From NCBI GenBank assembly GCA_016783545.1, contig JADHWJ010000003.1:1490-65489 (forward strand): 64,000 bases of DNA. The letters are read 5' to 3'. Every line of letters starts with the position of its first letter. The first letter of the stretch is position 1. The position numbers were made by a program, and so were the translations under genes. The stretch is from Candidatus Aenigmatarchaeota archaeon. GTDB taxonomy: Archaea > Aenigmatarchaeota > Aenigmatarchaeia > QMZP01. Below the pieces are notes generated by a model. The model had not been told where the DNA came from and searched no databases. It worked only from the letters and a program-made list of their open reading frames with translations. Positions 39,034 through 49,748 of this stretch are shown one piece after another.

Positions 39034-39574
39034 GTTCAATCTCCTTAGCTTTCTGAGTGAGCCAGCAGCCATCCTGGAAAACCCTTCTGTCATAACCTCT
39101 TACAATTGTTAACTGCTCAATTTTTGCAGCTGCCTGTCCCACAGTATCTCTGTTGATACCTGAAATTACTACTTCATCCTTTTGTATTTTAACATCAACA
39201 CCTTCTGGCAGGCTAACCTTCCTTGGTTTCTTCTCTCCCATGAAATTGTTAATTATGAATTCATTACTCTCTGTACTTAATTTAACAGGAAAATGCGTAT
39301 ATACCATTTTCATCTTTGCTTCGAATCCCTTTTCAACCCCAGCAAGCATGTTATTCAGGTGTGCGGCCCATGTACCTAATATAGCCTTTATTTTCTTGTT
39401 TTTTTCTTCTGTACTAATTTTAATATTATTTCCCTTTACAGAAAGCTTTACAAGCGGGTGATTAAATATTCTTTCAATTTCGCCTTTTGATCCTTTTACA
39501 GCTACTTTTTTCCCTTCCTGCTTCACATCTATTCCTTCTGGAATAACGATCTCTTTCTTTGCTATTTCTGGCAT
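39023..39574 (-). CDS. rpl6: 50S ribosomal protein uL6
   Basis: VYTHFPV, NFMGEK, VGQAAAKIE, DRRVFQDG. Confidence 0.96.
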   Translation of the reverse strand: MPEIAKKEIVIPEGIDVKQEGKKVAVKGSKGEIERIFNHPLVKLSVKGNNIKISTEEKNKKIKAILGTWAAHLNNMLAGVEKGFEAKMKMVYTHFPVKLSTESNEFIINNFMGEKKPRKVSLPEGVDVKIQKDEVVISGINRDTVGQAAAKIEQLTIVRGYDRRVFQDGCWLTQKAKEIEHDQ

Positions 39575-39619
39575 GATTATCACTTTTACTTTAATAATTA
39601 AAATAAATAGCTTTTAAAC

Positions 39620-40741
39620 TTATTTTTTCTTTTTTTCAGGTATTCTACCTATAAGCTCGAAACTGCCTGTGCCTATAGGAGCAACCTGGTTCATCATTAT
39701 ATTTTCAACTGTTCCTCTTAAACCATCACTTTCACCAGATATAGAAGCGGCTATAAAGTGTTTCTTTGTTTCTTCAAAGCTGGCCCTCACAAGAATTGAA
39801 GATTTCTGACCTGAAATACCATACCTTCCTATTGCTCTTATATCTCCTTCAAATGTCATTAAATCTGCAAGTATCATTACATATCTCACATCTACACCAA
39901 GACCCTGCTCTTCCATTGTATATCTTGCTTCATTGATTATGGAATTTCTTGCGGCCTCAATACCTAAAACAGAATATATTTCGAATATGTCATTTGAAAA
40001 TGTCTTTGTTGTGTCAACTCCTTCCACATTAAATACCTTTTTCAGATTAGATCCCAGAGTATTGATTACCCATTCATCACCCTCTTTTAGAACAATGACC
40101 TGTGTTATTCCCTTTATACCAGCTATATGAGTTTCCAAAAAATTATATTTGAGCTTGTAAAGGCCTGCAATATCCTTTTTCTTTAATTTCACTATTATAA
40201 CATTTTCTTCTTCATCAACATCTACCAGACCATCTCTTACTTTGAGTTTCTTTTTAAGAGTTTTCATCTCTATACCATATCTTTTTAATTTAGACATATC
40301 TGGCTTACATTTTACCCACAGATCTGTCATATCAACTGTAGTTGTTTTTACAACATCCTTTACTTTTACTTCCTTTATCTGCTCTGCTATTTTCTTTACT
40401 TTTTCTATGTCCTGGAATTCCTGTAATATGTATATCATCATGCTCGGTGTTGTTGGTGATTTCCTCGCATCAAATATCTCTATCATTCTTGGAAGTCCTA
40501 GTGTTACCTGTATACCTGCTGTACCTGCGAAGTGGTATGTTCTCATCGTAAGCTGAGTAGCAGGCTCTGATAGGGACTGTGCTGTAATAACACCAACAGG
40601 CTCTTCTGGTGAGTATTTATATTCTTTGTAAAGTTTAATTACTTTTTCTTCTATCTGTTTCCTTTCTTTTTCAGGTATTTTTTCGTCTTCAAAATATTTC
40701 TTGACTTCTTTCTCAATTTTTTCTGGAAGTTTAATTGTCAT
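39620..40741 (-). CDS. rpoA2: RNA polymerase subunit Rpo1C (A'')
   Basis: [32 protein letters not shown]. Confidence 0.96.
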   Translation of the reverse strand: MTIKLPEKIEKEVKKYFEDEKIPEKERKQIEEKVIKLYKEYKYSPEEPVGVITAQSLSEPATQLTMRTYHFAGTAGIQVTLGLPRMIEIFDARKSPTTPSMMIYILQEFQDIEKVKKIAEQIKEVKVKDVVKTTTVDMTDLWVKCKPDMSKLKRYGIEMKTLKKKLKVRDGLVDVDEEENVIIVKLKKKDIAGLYKLKYNFLETHIAGIKGITQVIVLKEGDEWVINTLGSNLKKVFNVEGVDTTKTFSNDIFEIYSVLGIEAARNSIINEARYTMEEQGLGVDVRYVMILADLMTFEGDIRAIGRYGISGQKSSILVRASFEETKKHFIAASISGESDGLRGTVENIMMNQVAPIGTGSFELIGRIPEKKKK

Positions 40742-40746
40742 ATATC

Positions 40747-43239
40747 TCACCTAATCTCTAGTTTATTTTTCCAATCAAATACACCCCAATCTGATTTTGA
40801 TGGATCTATTCCATCCTCACCTGCTTTGAATTGTATGATTTCACCATATGAGTTTTTGATTGTTCCGTCGTCTTTAACCTTTAAGTCCTGTAAAGCATTA
40901 ACAAGTCTTCTTTGCATGTAACCTGACTTTCTTGTTCTCAGTGATTTATCCATCAGACCTTCTCTTCCGTTCATAATGTTCCAGAAAAGCTCAAAAGGTG
41001 TAAGACCCTTCTTAAAGCTACTTGAAACAAAACCATGACTTATTGGAGAAAGATCGCCTGCCATTATATGAGGCAGTGTTCTTCTATGATATCCCCTTGA
41101 TATCCTTTTACCCAATATTGTCTCTTGACCCACTACAGCAGTCATCTGAGTTGAATTTATAATAGAACCTTTAGCCCCGGATATGGCCATATGTATAAGA
41201 TCGTTTTCTATTATATTATCACTCACTATGTCGCTCGCTCTACTAACACCGTTTGCAAGGGCATTCATTATCTGTGCTTCCAATGATTCTTTTGGTGTCA
41301 TTCCTGGAAGAATCTTTATTTGCTTGTTATTGAATTTCTTTATGAGATTATTAGACTCCTGGATTGCTAAATCTATTTCATTTGTTATACCATTTTCTGC
41401 TTTAGTAGGAAGATCTAAATCTGAGATGCCTATAGACATTCCTCTTTTAGTTAGATAAGAAACCGCAAGTTTTCCTGTCTGGTCTATGAAATCCTTTAAC
41501 GTATCACTATCAGTATATGTTTGGAATGCCTTTAATATTTTTCCTTTCATAGCGCCAACAGATGCAGCGTCAATAGTTCCTGTTTTTATCTTTCCGTCTT
41601 TTATTCTTACCCATGAATCATATTCACATTCCTCTTCAGTACAGGTAATGCAATTTTTGCATCTTTTTGCTTTAAACCCAGGCATTGAGAACCCTTCTGG
41701 TAAAAGCAGGCTGAAAATTTCCTTTCCAGTGAAAGTGTCTTTTTCAGGCAATTCAACATCTATATCAGCATCTGCAAGTAACTGTGCTGCTGCTTCTTTA
41801 GATAATACAACATCCTCTTTTGTGAGAAGATATATACCAGAAATTTGATCCATGTCAAGACCTATTGCAGGTCCTCCAAATTTAGGTGACATTATATTAT
41901 TTTTAACTTCCATCAGCATGGTAGCTTCTGTTCTTGCCTCATCTGTCTGTAAAACGTGAATATTCATCTCGTCACCATCAAAGTCGGCGTTATATGGTGG
42001 ACATACCTGCATCGTCAATCTAAATGTTTTGTATGGCATTATTTTCACTCTGTGAGCCATTATAGAAGCTTTGTGAAGAGATGGCTGTCTATTGAACAGA
42101 ATTATATCATTATCTTTTAATTGTCTCTCAATTACCCAGTCCAATGCAATGGTTTCTAATATTTCTTTTTTGTTTGTCTTTGTAATTTTTATTCTCCTTC
42201 CGTCAGGTCTTACAACATAATTAACAAGATTATTTTTGAAGAGATTTTTTATATACAGCATATTTGTTTTTGTTACATATTCAGGTATTGTTAGTTCTTT
42301 TGCAACAATTTTTGGAATACCGACTTCATTTATTGATATTTTAGCATCTGGTGATATTACTGTTCTTGCGCAGAAATTCACTCTTTTACCAAGAAGATTT
42401 CCTCGTATCCTGCCCTCTTTTCCTTTCAGTCTCTGAACAAGACCTTTCAAAGGACGTCCTGATCTGTGCCTTGCCAAAGGAGTTCCACTAAGTTCATTGT
42501 CAAAATATGTGGACGTGTGGTATTGCACTAACTCACAAAGATCGCTTATTATAAACTCAGGAGCACCAATTTCCATATTCTCTTTAAGACTTTGATTTAT
42601 TCTTACTATATCAACAAGCTTATGTGTGAGGTCATCCTCTGACCTTTCACCGCCCTCCAATGTTATGGATGGCCTTGTTGTTACTGGAGGTATTGGAAAT
42701 AATGTGAGAATCATCCATTCAGGTCTTCCTCCACCAAAGCCTATTTTCTTTAGATCAACATTTGGTATGTTTTCAAATCTTTCCCTTATATCAACAGATG
42801 TAATCTCTTCCTTATCTTCATAAAAAGTATATGGTTTTGAGAACTTTATTTTCTTCTGAAGTGCTTTACAGTGCGGGCATTTGTTTGGCTGTTCAAATGA
42901 TTTTGAATTTTTAACTGCTTCGATCATTATCTTGTTGCACTTTCTGCATGTCACTTTTAGTAATTCAAAAGTTGATTTTATGTAAAGAACATTCAAAATA
43001 GGTTTTGCAAGTTCTAGATATCCAAAATGCCCTGGGCATTCATCTATCCCACCATTGCAGGTTCTGCATTTTAGACCTGGGTCTATCACACCCAATCTTG
43101 GATCCATTACACCACCTTCTACAGGATACCCATCTGCATCGTATAGTTCAGATGTAACTATTCTGACTTTTCCCATATCCTTTATCTGATCAGGTGAAAT
43201 TAGCCCGAATTTCATGGATTTTATTCTTGATTCAGCCAT
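40747..43239 (-). CDS. rpoA1: RNA polymerase subunit Rpo1N (A')
   Basis: [25 protein letters not shown]. Confidence 0.97.
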   Translation of the reverse strand: MAESRIKSMKFGLISPDQIKDMGKVRIVTSELYDADGYPVEGGVMDPRLGVIDPGLKCRTCNGGIDECPGHFGYLELAKPILNVLYIKSTFELLKVTCRKCNKIMIEAVKNSKSFEQPNKCPHCKALQKKIKFSKPYTFYEDKEEITSVDIRERFENIPNVDLKKIGFGGGRPEWMILTLFPIPPVTTRPSITLEGGERSEDDLTHKLVDIVRINQSLKENMEIGAPEFIISDLCELVQYHTSTYFDNELSGTPLARHRSGRPLKGLVQRLKGKEGRIRGNLLGKRVNFCARTVISPDAKISINEVGIPKIVAKELTIPEYVTKTNMLYIKNLFKNNLVNYVVRPDGRRIKITKTNKKEILETIALDWVIERQLKDNDIILFNRQPSLHKASIMAHRVKIMPYKTFRLTMQVCPPYNADFDGDEMNIHVLQTDEARTEATMLMEVKNNIMSPKFGGPAIGLDMDQISGIYLLTKEDVVLSKEAAAQLLADADIDVELPEKDTFTGKEIFSLLLPEGFSMPGFKAKRCKNCITCTEEECEYDSWVRIKDGKIKTGTIDAASVGAMKGKILKAFQTYTDSDTLKDFIDQTGKLAVSYLTKRGMSIGISDLDLPTKAENGITNEIDLAIQESNNLIKKFNNKQIKILPGMTPKESLEAQIMNALANGVSRASDIVSDNIIENDLIHMAISGAKGSIINSTQMTAVVGQETILGKRISRGYHRRTLPHIMAGDLSPISHGFVSSSFKKGLTPFELFWNIMNGREGLMDKSLRTRKSGYMQRRLVNALQDLKVKDDGTIKNSYGEIIQFKAGEDGIDPSKSDWGVFDWKNKLEIR

Positions 43240-43240
43240 A

Positions 43241-45028
43241 TTAAAGCTCCTCTGTTTTTATCTTAGGATATATTCCTAACGATTTCAACTCATCCAGTGT
43301 TAGCTTAAAAGCATAAGATGTTTCAACCCATGCAACATCACTCTTCTTGCATAAACTACAATATGATTTATTCTTTATAACATCAAAAGTTGCAACAAAC
43401 CCACAGCCTTTACATATTGGTATATCTACCTTGTCTGAATCAAATCTTTCCTTAAGGGTAAGTGCAGCACCATGTCCGATTAGGCACTGTTGCTCCATCT
43501 CACCGAGTCTGAGGCCACCCCTCTTCGCCCTACCTTCAGTTGGCTGCTTTGTCAGAAGTGTAACAGGTCCTCTGCCCCTTACATGAATCTTGTCAGTTAC
43601 CATATGATCAAGCCTTAGATAATATGAAATGCCAGTAAATATCAGAACTTTCAATATCTCCCCTGACTTTCCATTATACAAAACCTGTTTACCATCATTT
43701 CTGAAACCAAGACTTTTCATTGATTTTCTTATTTCTTCTTCGCTTGTATAATTGAATGCAGAAGCGTTTATATGTTCTCCGCTATATGCGCCTAGTTTCC
43801 CGCCTATAATTTCCAGTAAATGACCAACTGTCATTCTGGAAGGGATTGCATGTGGATTAAATATTATATCTGGAACAACACCTTCTCTTGTAAATGGCAT
43901 ATCCTCATGAGGTATCATAAGACCTACAATACCCTTCTGGCCGTGTCTTGATGCAAATTTATCACCAATTTCAGGAATTCTTTGATCTCTTATTTTCATT
44001 TTTATAAGCTGGTTTGCATCTGGTGTTTCAGTGATGAGCACTGTATCTACTATACCCCTTTCTCCATGTCTGACCGACAATGACGTTTCTCTTATATTCT
44101 CTATATCAGCTATAAATTCTTCAGAAGTGAGAAATCTCAATGGGCTTGTTCTTCCAATTAAGATTGAATCAGATTCTACTTTTGATTCTGGGTTTAAAAT
44201 ACCATCTTCGTCAAGATCTTTATATGCGTCTTCACCTCTATGTCCCATTATGCCTGGTTGAGGGACACATATATCATCTTCCTGACCACCCCAATATCTC
44301 TTTTTCATTGCATCATATGTTCTGAAATAGAATGATCTGAACAGGCCTCTTTCAATAGATGATTTATTCAAAACAATAGCATCGTTTACATTGTAACCTT
44401 CATGGCACATTACTGCTATAACCAAATTATGCCCGCTTGGGAATCTTCTCAATATATCACTTGTAATAGTATTAACAAGTGGTACCTGCGGATAGACAAG
44501 TATATTGAATTTTGTATCTGTTCTTAGAGTAAAATTAGTGGCAGGTATACCAACAGACTGACCAATCATTTTTGCACCAAAATTTATCCTATCGCCCCTA
44601 CTAAACTCTGGATATGGTATCAAGGTTGTTGGAACACCGAGTATGCCTATGGGATCTATTTCAAGATGTGTGTGCTTATTTGTCAATTCGTTTTCATTTA
44701 TTGCAATAAAGGTGTTTTCTTCCTCATCTGCATCCAGATATTCTATAATACCATTTTCAATAAGATAATTCCATGTTATTTTTTCCCGCTTTAGTTTATC
44801 CAATAAAACAGGTGTAAGTTTTGGTTTTTTATTTTCAACTATTATCAAAGGCCTTCTTGCTCTTCCATGTTCTGTGTTTATCCTTATTTCATCATGTAAT
44901 GGAAAATATGAAATATTTACCTGTGAAAGCAAGGAATTCTGCCTTCTCTTCTTTCTAATATTTGCTGCCATCTCTGCTGGTTTGCTTGTATGCCCTATCC
45001 ACTTTCCATTAAAATATATATCAGCCAT
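43241..45028 (-). CDS. rpoB1: RNA polymerase subunit Rpo2C (B')
   Basis: GDKFASRHGQKG, NPHAIPSRMT, GGLRLGEME. Confidence 0.97.
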   Translation of the reverse strand: MADIYFNGKWIGHTSKPAEMAANIRKKRRQNSLLSQVNISYFPLHDEIRINTEHGRARRPLIIVENKKPKLTPVLLDKLKREKITWNYLIENGIIEYLDADEEENTFIAINENELTNKHTHLEIDPIGILGVPTTLIPYPEFSRGDRINFGAKMIGQSVGIPATNFTLRTDTKFNILVYPQVPLVNTITSDILRRFPSGHNLVIAVMCHEGYNVNDAIVLNKSSIERGLFRSFYFRTYDAMKKRYWGGQEDDICVPQPGIMGHRGEDAYKDLDEDGILNPESKVESDSILIGRTSPLRFLTSEEFIADIENIRETSLSVRHGERGIVDTVLITETPDANQLIKMKIRDQRIPEIGDKFASRHGQKGIVGLMIPHEDMPFTREGVVPDIIFNPHAIPSRMTVGHLLEIIGGKLGAYSGEHINASAFNYTSEEEIRKSMKSLGFRNDGKQVLYNGKSGEILKVLIFTGISYYLRLDHMVTDKIHVRGRGPVTLLTKQPTEGRAKRGGLRLGEMEQQCLIGHGAALTLKERFDSDKVDIPICKGCGFVATFDVIKNKSYCSLCKKSDVAWVETSYAFKLTLDELKSLGIYPKIKTEEL

Positions 45029-45029
45029 A

Positions 45030-46496
45030 TTATTTTCCTTTTATATACTCCATTATTTTTTCATTATCTCTCTCTGATAACCCTGGTGTGATTTCAGAGA
45101 ACATTGCCAAATGCTTTCTAAGACCTATACTAGAACCTTCTGGTGTCTCTGCCGGGCATATTCTTCCCCACTCAGTTGGATGTATCTGCCTTGCCTTGAA
45201 ATGCTCCTGTGTTGATGTCAAAGGTGATACTACAGACCTTAAATGAGAAATTGTTTTTATATAAGAGCTTCTGTCCAATCTTTGAGAAACACCTGTTCTT
45301 CCTCCAATCCAATTACCTGTTGCCAGGCTCGAAAGTATCTGTTTTGTAACAGCATTTGTTTCTATAACACCCTGTATACTTGGTTTTTTTCCTCTTTTCA
45401 AAAGTTTTTGATAATTATATGTCATCTTAGCAAGTAATCCCCATCTTCCCAGAAGTATTGATCTGAATAACTGAGCAAGCAGCTCCCCTGACATAAGAAG
45501 TCGTTTGTTGTTATAATGATCTATATCATCATTCGGTATTTTTTTAAGAGAAAGTAATATAACCTTCTTTATTATCTTTGACATTATCAGCGCTTTTTCT
45601 ATTCTATTTTCTTTCTCTTGGCCTATATGAGGAAGGAGATACTTATCCAAAATCTGATTTACTCGCTCTTCTCTATAATCTTCTGTTACCTTCAGTTTTC
45701 TTCCTATGGAATCTATTGCTTCTTTCGAAGTTGTGGCTTCGCATTGGTAGAAATTTATGAACATCTCATTCAATAATTTCTGATCATTTGATATCTTATT
45801 ACATATGTCCCTGTCTGTTTCCAAACCCAATGCTTTCAATAATGTAACTATCTGAAGTTTTCTTAGATTTGCAAAGGATATTGTTATTTCCCCATCAGGC
45901 TTTCTTTCAATTATATGCCTCTGTCTAAACCCAGATTTTTCAGAATTCATTCTCACAGATATTTCATTACCACTTCTTTCAAATATAGGCTTATTGGAGG
46001 TTATTTCCTCTATCAGAACAATTACCCTCTCTGTTCCATTAATTATAAAGTAACCACCTGGATCATCAGGATCTTCTCCGTTCTCAATGAGCTCGTTTTT
46101 GCTAAATTCTCTTGTTGAACAAAGACCTGATTTAACCATTACTGGAAGATCTCCCACATGCACCCTTTCAGGTCTTTCCTGTATATCGTTTATGATAGGG
46201 GCTATATCAACAAATATTGGGGCTGAATATGTAAGATTTCTTATCCTTGCTTCATTTGGAAATATAAGTCTTGTTGAACCATCTGGCTCTTTTATAGCAG
46301 GCTTTCCTATAAACACCTTGCCAAACTTCAGTTTCATCCCGCCTTCTTCTGGATTAAGCTCAACCTCTCCTATCTCATCTATTATTTTCTGCATACCAAC
46401 GTTTACAAACTGATTAAAACTCTCTATCTGGAAGTTAATCCATCCTCTTTCCTTTTCATACGCATTTAACAAGGGCAATATAAACATATCTATCAT
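45030..46496 (-). CDS. rpoB2: RNA polymerase subunit Rpo2N (B'')
   Basis: PNEARIRNLTY, DPGGYFIINGTE, CPAETPEG. Confidence 0.96.
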   Translation of the reverse strand: MIDMFILPLLNAYEKERGWINFQIESFNQFVNVGMQKIIDEIGEVELNPEEGGMKLKFGKVFIGKPAIKEPDGSTRLIFPNEARIRNLTYSAPIFVDIAPIINDIQERPERVHVGDLPVMVKSGLCSTREFSKNELIENGEDPDDPGGYFIINGTERVIVLIEEITSNKPIFERSGNEISVRMNSEKSGFRQRHIIERKPDGEITISFANLRKLQIVTLLKALGLETDRDICNKISNDQKLLNEMFINFYQCEATTSKEAIDSIGRKLKVTEDYREERVNQILDKYLLPHIGQEKENRIEKALIMSKIIKKVILLSLKKIPNDDIDHYNNKRLLMSGELLAQLFRSILLGRWGLLAKMTYNYQKLLKRGKKPSIQGVIETNAVTKQILSSLATGNWIGGRTGVSQRLDRSSYIKTISHLRSVVSPLTSTQEHFKARQIHPTEWGRICPAETPEGSSIGLRKHLAMFSEITPGLSERDNEKIMEYIKGK

Positions 46497-46513
46497 ATAC
46501 CTCAAATATAGAT

Positions 46514-46750
46514 TCAACCTTCTACAACAAATCTATAATAAATCGCTTTTCCTGATGTCGGAGACTTTCTTGTTATTCTTATTAAATCACCTGGTTTTGC
46601 GCCTATCACTTTTACAACAGAATCTGATACGCTTATCCTAGGTAATTTTTCCTTCTCTATGTTGAATTTCTTTAAAACTTCTCTTTTTTCTTTAGATGAA
46701 AGAATTTCATGTTTTGGAACTAATTGATGTTTTAATATCTCTAAATTCAT
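46514..46750 (-). CDS. rpoH: RNA polymerase subunit Rpo5 (H)
   Basis: HQLVPKHEIL, LPRI, RKSPTSG..YYR. Confidence 0.96.
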   Translation of the reverse strand: MNLEILKHQLVPKHEILSSKEKREVLKKFNIEKEKLPRISVSDSVVKVIGAKPGDLIRITRKSPTSGKAIYYRFVVEG

Positions 46751-46872
46751 ATACTCCTCCGATCAATTCGATCGGCTCAAAAATCCTCTCTTTTGGAGAA
46801 GATGGATGCGACTTTCCCACTCTTATATATTATGAGCCAATGAATATAAACATTTAATGATTTCTAATACTT

Positions 46873-47883
46873 TTATTCTTTACTTAATAATTCCAGTTCT
46901 TCGTCTCTTATCTCTTTAATAAATGGAACATATCTCTCTTCAAACATATCAGGATGTATTCTTCTCAATCTTTCAATTGCACCAATATCTCCGTTTCCTC
47001 GGAATGTTTCAAAGAGTTCTTCAATTAATCTCGGTTCTTTTTGATAACCACTTTTAGATGCAATAACACACGGTTCTGTATGTGTTACTATTTCAAGTTC
47101 ACCTGTTTGCTCATCAACAACCCACCACCAAGAATGCTCAGAACCATCACCACTTCTCTTGTCCCTTAGGCTTTTTCCTGTTTCTGTGACTTCGCTCATG
47201 ACATTACCGCAGCCATATTCAATTTGCGCTTCTATTGCACCAAAACCCTCAACCACTTCGCCTCCAATGCCTTTCTGCCAAAAGAAATCACCCAATATAT
47301 GGGGACATACTGTAACACCTATAATGCTTTTACCGTATTTTTTCATATCAGCTATTGTTTTGAATCTCCTATCCTTTGTCACAAGATTAAATATAACAGG
47401 CTTGAACTTGAGTGTCATTGCAGCCTCATACCCTGCCCTATGTAATTCTGATTCCATCAATGCTTCCCGCTCTTCAGCTGATGTTCTAAAGCTCCCGTTA
47501 AGAGCCAGCGGTGTTAGATCGCTTTCATCCATAAGAATATCATATCCAGAGCCTATCGCCATATCTATAACACCCCTTTCCAGCCATTTTGGATGGTCTT
47601 GTGGATAGAATAATGCAACGCGTTTCGCTCTGTCAGCATATTCAGGATTGTCTGTGAAAAGGGCAAACTTTGGAGCATGATTCACCATTTTTCCTTTAAC
47701 ATCCCTTCTACATTCTTCGCCTGTGAGAGGAGCCAATCTTTCTCCACTGATTTCATCTGGGTTGTATAAGCAAATACCTGCTTCTCTGAGAAGCTTAATA
47801 CTTCCTCTATAATGATCACCAACAGCGATTACAACATTCAGATTACCAAAAGGACTATATTCAGGACATTTGTTATTTTTCAT
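46873..47883 (-). CDS. Divergent ATP phosphoribosyltransferase (HisG)-like protein
   Basis: PQDHPKWLERGVIDMAIG.GYD and GAIEA....G..VMSEVTETGKSLR resemble HisG motifs. Confidence 0.6.
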   Translation of the reverse strand: MKNNKCPEYSPFGNLNVVIAVGDHYRGSIKLLREAGICLYNPDEISGERLAPLTGEECRRDVKGKMVNHAPKFALFTDNPEYADRAKRVALFYPQDHPKWLERGVIDMAIGSGYDILMDESDLTPLALNGSFRTSAEEREALMESELHRAGYEAAMTLKFKPVIFNLVTKDRRFKTIADMKKYGKSIIGVTVCPHILGDFFWQKGIGGEVVEGFGAIEAQIEYGCGNVMSEVTETGKSLRDKRSGDGSEHSWWWVVDEQTGELEIVTHTEPCVIASKSGYQKEPRLIEELFETFRGNGDIGAIERLRRIHPDMFEERYVPFIKEIRDEELELLSKE

Positions 47884-47884
47884 A

Positions 47885-48280
47885 TTAATCTAAAATCTCC
47901 ATCTTCTTAACAACTCCGGAATTTAATATTTTTTCTTTAATAGTCTCCATTTCTCCATTTAGTTCTGAAATATCAGTTATTATGTCCCACTCAGCTGTCT
48001 TTCCTCTAACCAATGTCCTACTTTCGCTCATGACTATGTTAACACCGTATTGAGAGAATAAATCTGCAATTTTTGCAAGACTTCCAGGAGCATCGTCAAT
48101 TAGAATTCTAATCTCAGCTGTTTTATCTCTTAACAATGGCAAAAGTTTAACCTGTGAATTCTCATTATCTGGTATCAATATAATTTCTGTACCATCATCT
48201 GCCTTTAATACATCTCTAATATGTTTTGGAATAAGTATCCTGCCCTTTTGATCCAATTTTGTAATATTTGAATTTTTCAT
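47885..48280 (-). CDS. AbrB-ACT transcriptional regulator
   Basis: LDQKGRILIPK (AbrB) + DAPGSLAKIA..GVNI (ACT). Confidence 0.85.
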   Translation of the reverse strand: MKNSNITKLDQKGRILIPKHIRDVLKADDGTEIILIPDNENSQVKLLPLLRDKTAEIRILIDDAPGSLAKIADLFSQYGVNIVMSESRTLVRGKTAEWDIITDISELNGEMETIKEKILNSGVVKKMEILD

Positions 48281-48372
48281 AATTCCCTGAACACAATACT
48301 TGCAATTTAGAATTTATGTAACTATATATATAGTACAAAAGCTTATAAAGTTTTCCCACAAATGGGGGATTT

Positions 48373-49284
48373 TCATACGTTTTTGATAAAATTCTTTATC
48401 GTATGTTTGGAATATCTTTGAATCAGCAATTCTGCTTTTTTTATCAGGTTTTCTTTATTTTTCTCCAAATCATGTCTTACAAGAGCTGTTGGTCCGGGTT
48501 GTTTAGGAATAATTTTGATTCCTTTTTCTGTTTCCAGCATATCGTTTTCTTTTTTATTTTTTCCGAGTATTATCTGACTTTTTTCAAAATGCCTTCCTAT
48601 TGAAAGCAATCTGATATCATTATATACCAAAGTCTTCTTGTTCAAAACCTGTTTTAGTTTCTTGCAGTATTCTCTTTCACATAAAAGACATCCTCCAGCT
48701 GGATGTGGATAATCTATTTTATATTTCTTTGCAAGCGCTATTTGATTCTTTCTCTGCCTACCTCTAATATCAAAAAGCTTTTCTCTGTCTATCAAACCAT
48801 CTTTCTCAGCACTGGTTTCTGGAAGAAGTTTTGCTGAGAGCGGTCTTAGCACTTCAACTCCAGCTTCCCTTTCAATTAAACTCAGTGCTCCTTTATTCTG
48901 GCTAAGCGGTCTCTCTCCGAGAACCTCTCCGGTTACAATAACCTGATTTCCTTTGAGGTGTTTCTTTGCTTTTTTCAACATGAAAAGATGACAATCTATA
49001 CACGGATTCAGTGCTGTTCCCCTTGAGAATTTTGGTTTTCTCAGTATATTGATATATTCTTTAAATAATCTACCTTTTGTACAGTCAACGATATTCAGCG
49101 TTATTCCATGCCTTTGGGCGAACCTTGTTACACAAAACCTGTCTGAACAACACCCTCCACCAAAGGGAAGAACAAAGAACATTGCTTCAATGTTTTCTTT
49201 TCCTAGTTGTTCTTCTAGGATTTTACAAGCTAGTCTGCTGTCCAGTCCACCTGAGAGTAGTATTAGGGCTTTGGTATTAACCAT
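48373..49284 (-). CDS. PP-loop tRNA thiouridine synthase/MnmA-ThiI-like protein
   Basis: LLSGGLDS, NPCIDCH, TGEVLGERPLSQ, PAGGCLL. Confidence 0.85.
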   Translation of the reverse strand: MVNTKALILLSGGLDSRLACKILEEQLGKENIEAMFFVLPFGGGCCSDRFCVTRFAQRHGITLNIVDCTKGRLFKEYINILRKPKFSRGTALNPCIDCHLFMLKKAKKHLKGNQVIVTGEVLGERPLSQNKGALSLIEREAGVEVLRPLSAKLLPETSAEKDGLIDREKLFDIRGRQRKNQIALAKKYKIDYPHPAGGCLLCEREYCKKLKQVLNKKTLVYNDIRLLSIGRHFEKSQIILGKNKKENDMLETEKGIKIIPKQPGPTALVRHDLEKNKENLIKKAELLIQRYSKHTIKNFIKNV

Positions 49285-49318
49285 AGAAAATAATTAACGA
49301 GTTGTGTTTAAAAATAAG

Positions 49319-49522
49319 TGGGCCCGAAGGGATCTTCAGCTCTGCTGAAGGTATGTGTTTCAGCAAAACATTTGAACCCTCGACTCTCCGGTGTCTTCTC
49401 TGTCATCGCGGTTATACCGCTAAACACGCTTTTAACTGATTAAAAGCTTCACCGGGATTTAGCACCCTCGGATGCTCTAACCATTTCAGGGAGTTATTCG
49501 CTCCAGACTGAGCTACGGGCCC
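49319..49522 (-). tRNA. tRNA-Lys(TTT) with four BHB introns (49505-49484, 49468-49448, 49440-49393, 49370-49333)
   Basis: Splicing at four BHB motifs gives 75-nt GGGCCCG TA GCTC AGTCTGGTTA GAGC A TCCGG CTTTTAA CCGGA GAGTC GAGGG TTCAAAT CCCTT CGGGCCC A. Confidence 0.88.
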
Positions 49523-49611
49523 TCTTTATATTTATTTAATAACTTATAGGATTTATAAGAATAAAACAGTTTTATAAACATCTTCTTAATATATATAATA
49601 AGTCAAAACGC

Positions 49612-49713
49612 GCCCCGATAGTGTAGTGGTTAATTTTAGTTGCTTTGCAACTAAGAGTCAATGCATAAGGCCCTGTCACGGCCTTGACGCGGGTTCAAAT
49701 CCCGCTCGGGGCG
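49612..49713 (+). tRNA. tRNA-Asp(GTC) with a non-canonical D-arm intron (49633-49662)
   Basis: GCCCCGA/TCGGGGC-G; AGGCC-CTGTCAC-GGCCT; BHB TGGT-TAA / GTCA-ATG. Confidence 0.92.
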
Positions 49714-49748
49714 CTAAAACTTATTAACAAGGAAACCCTAATCTTATT

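Noticed and set aside
37927-39093. Intein or intron-encoded endonuclease
   Set aside because: Separate ORF without C/S start or HN end; flanking genes are intact
46772-46838. GGCTCA...TGAGCC pairing upstream of rpoH as a regulatory RNA
   Set aside because: Only a 6-bp stem overlapping the probable promoter; insufficient support
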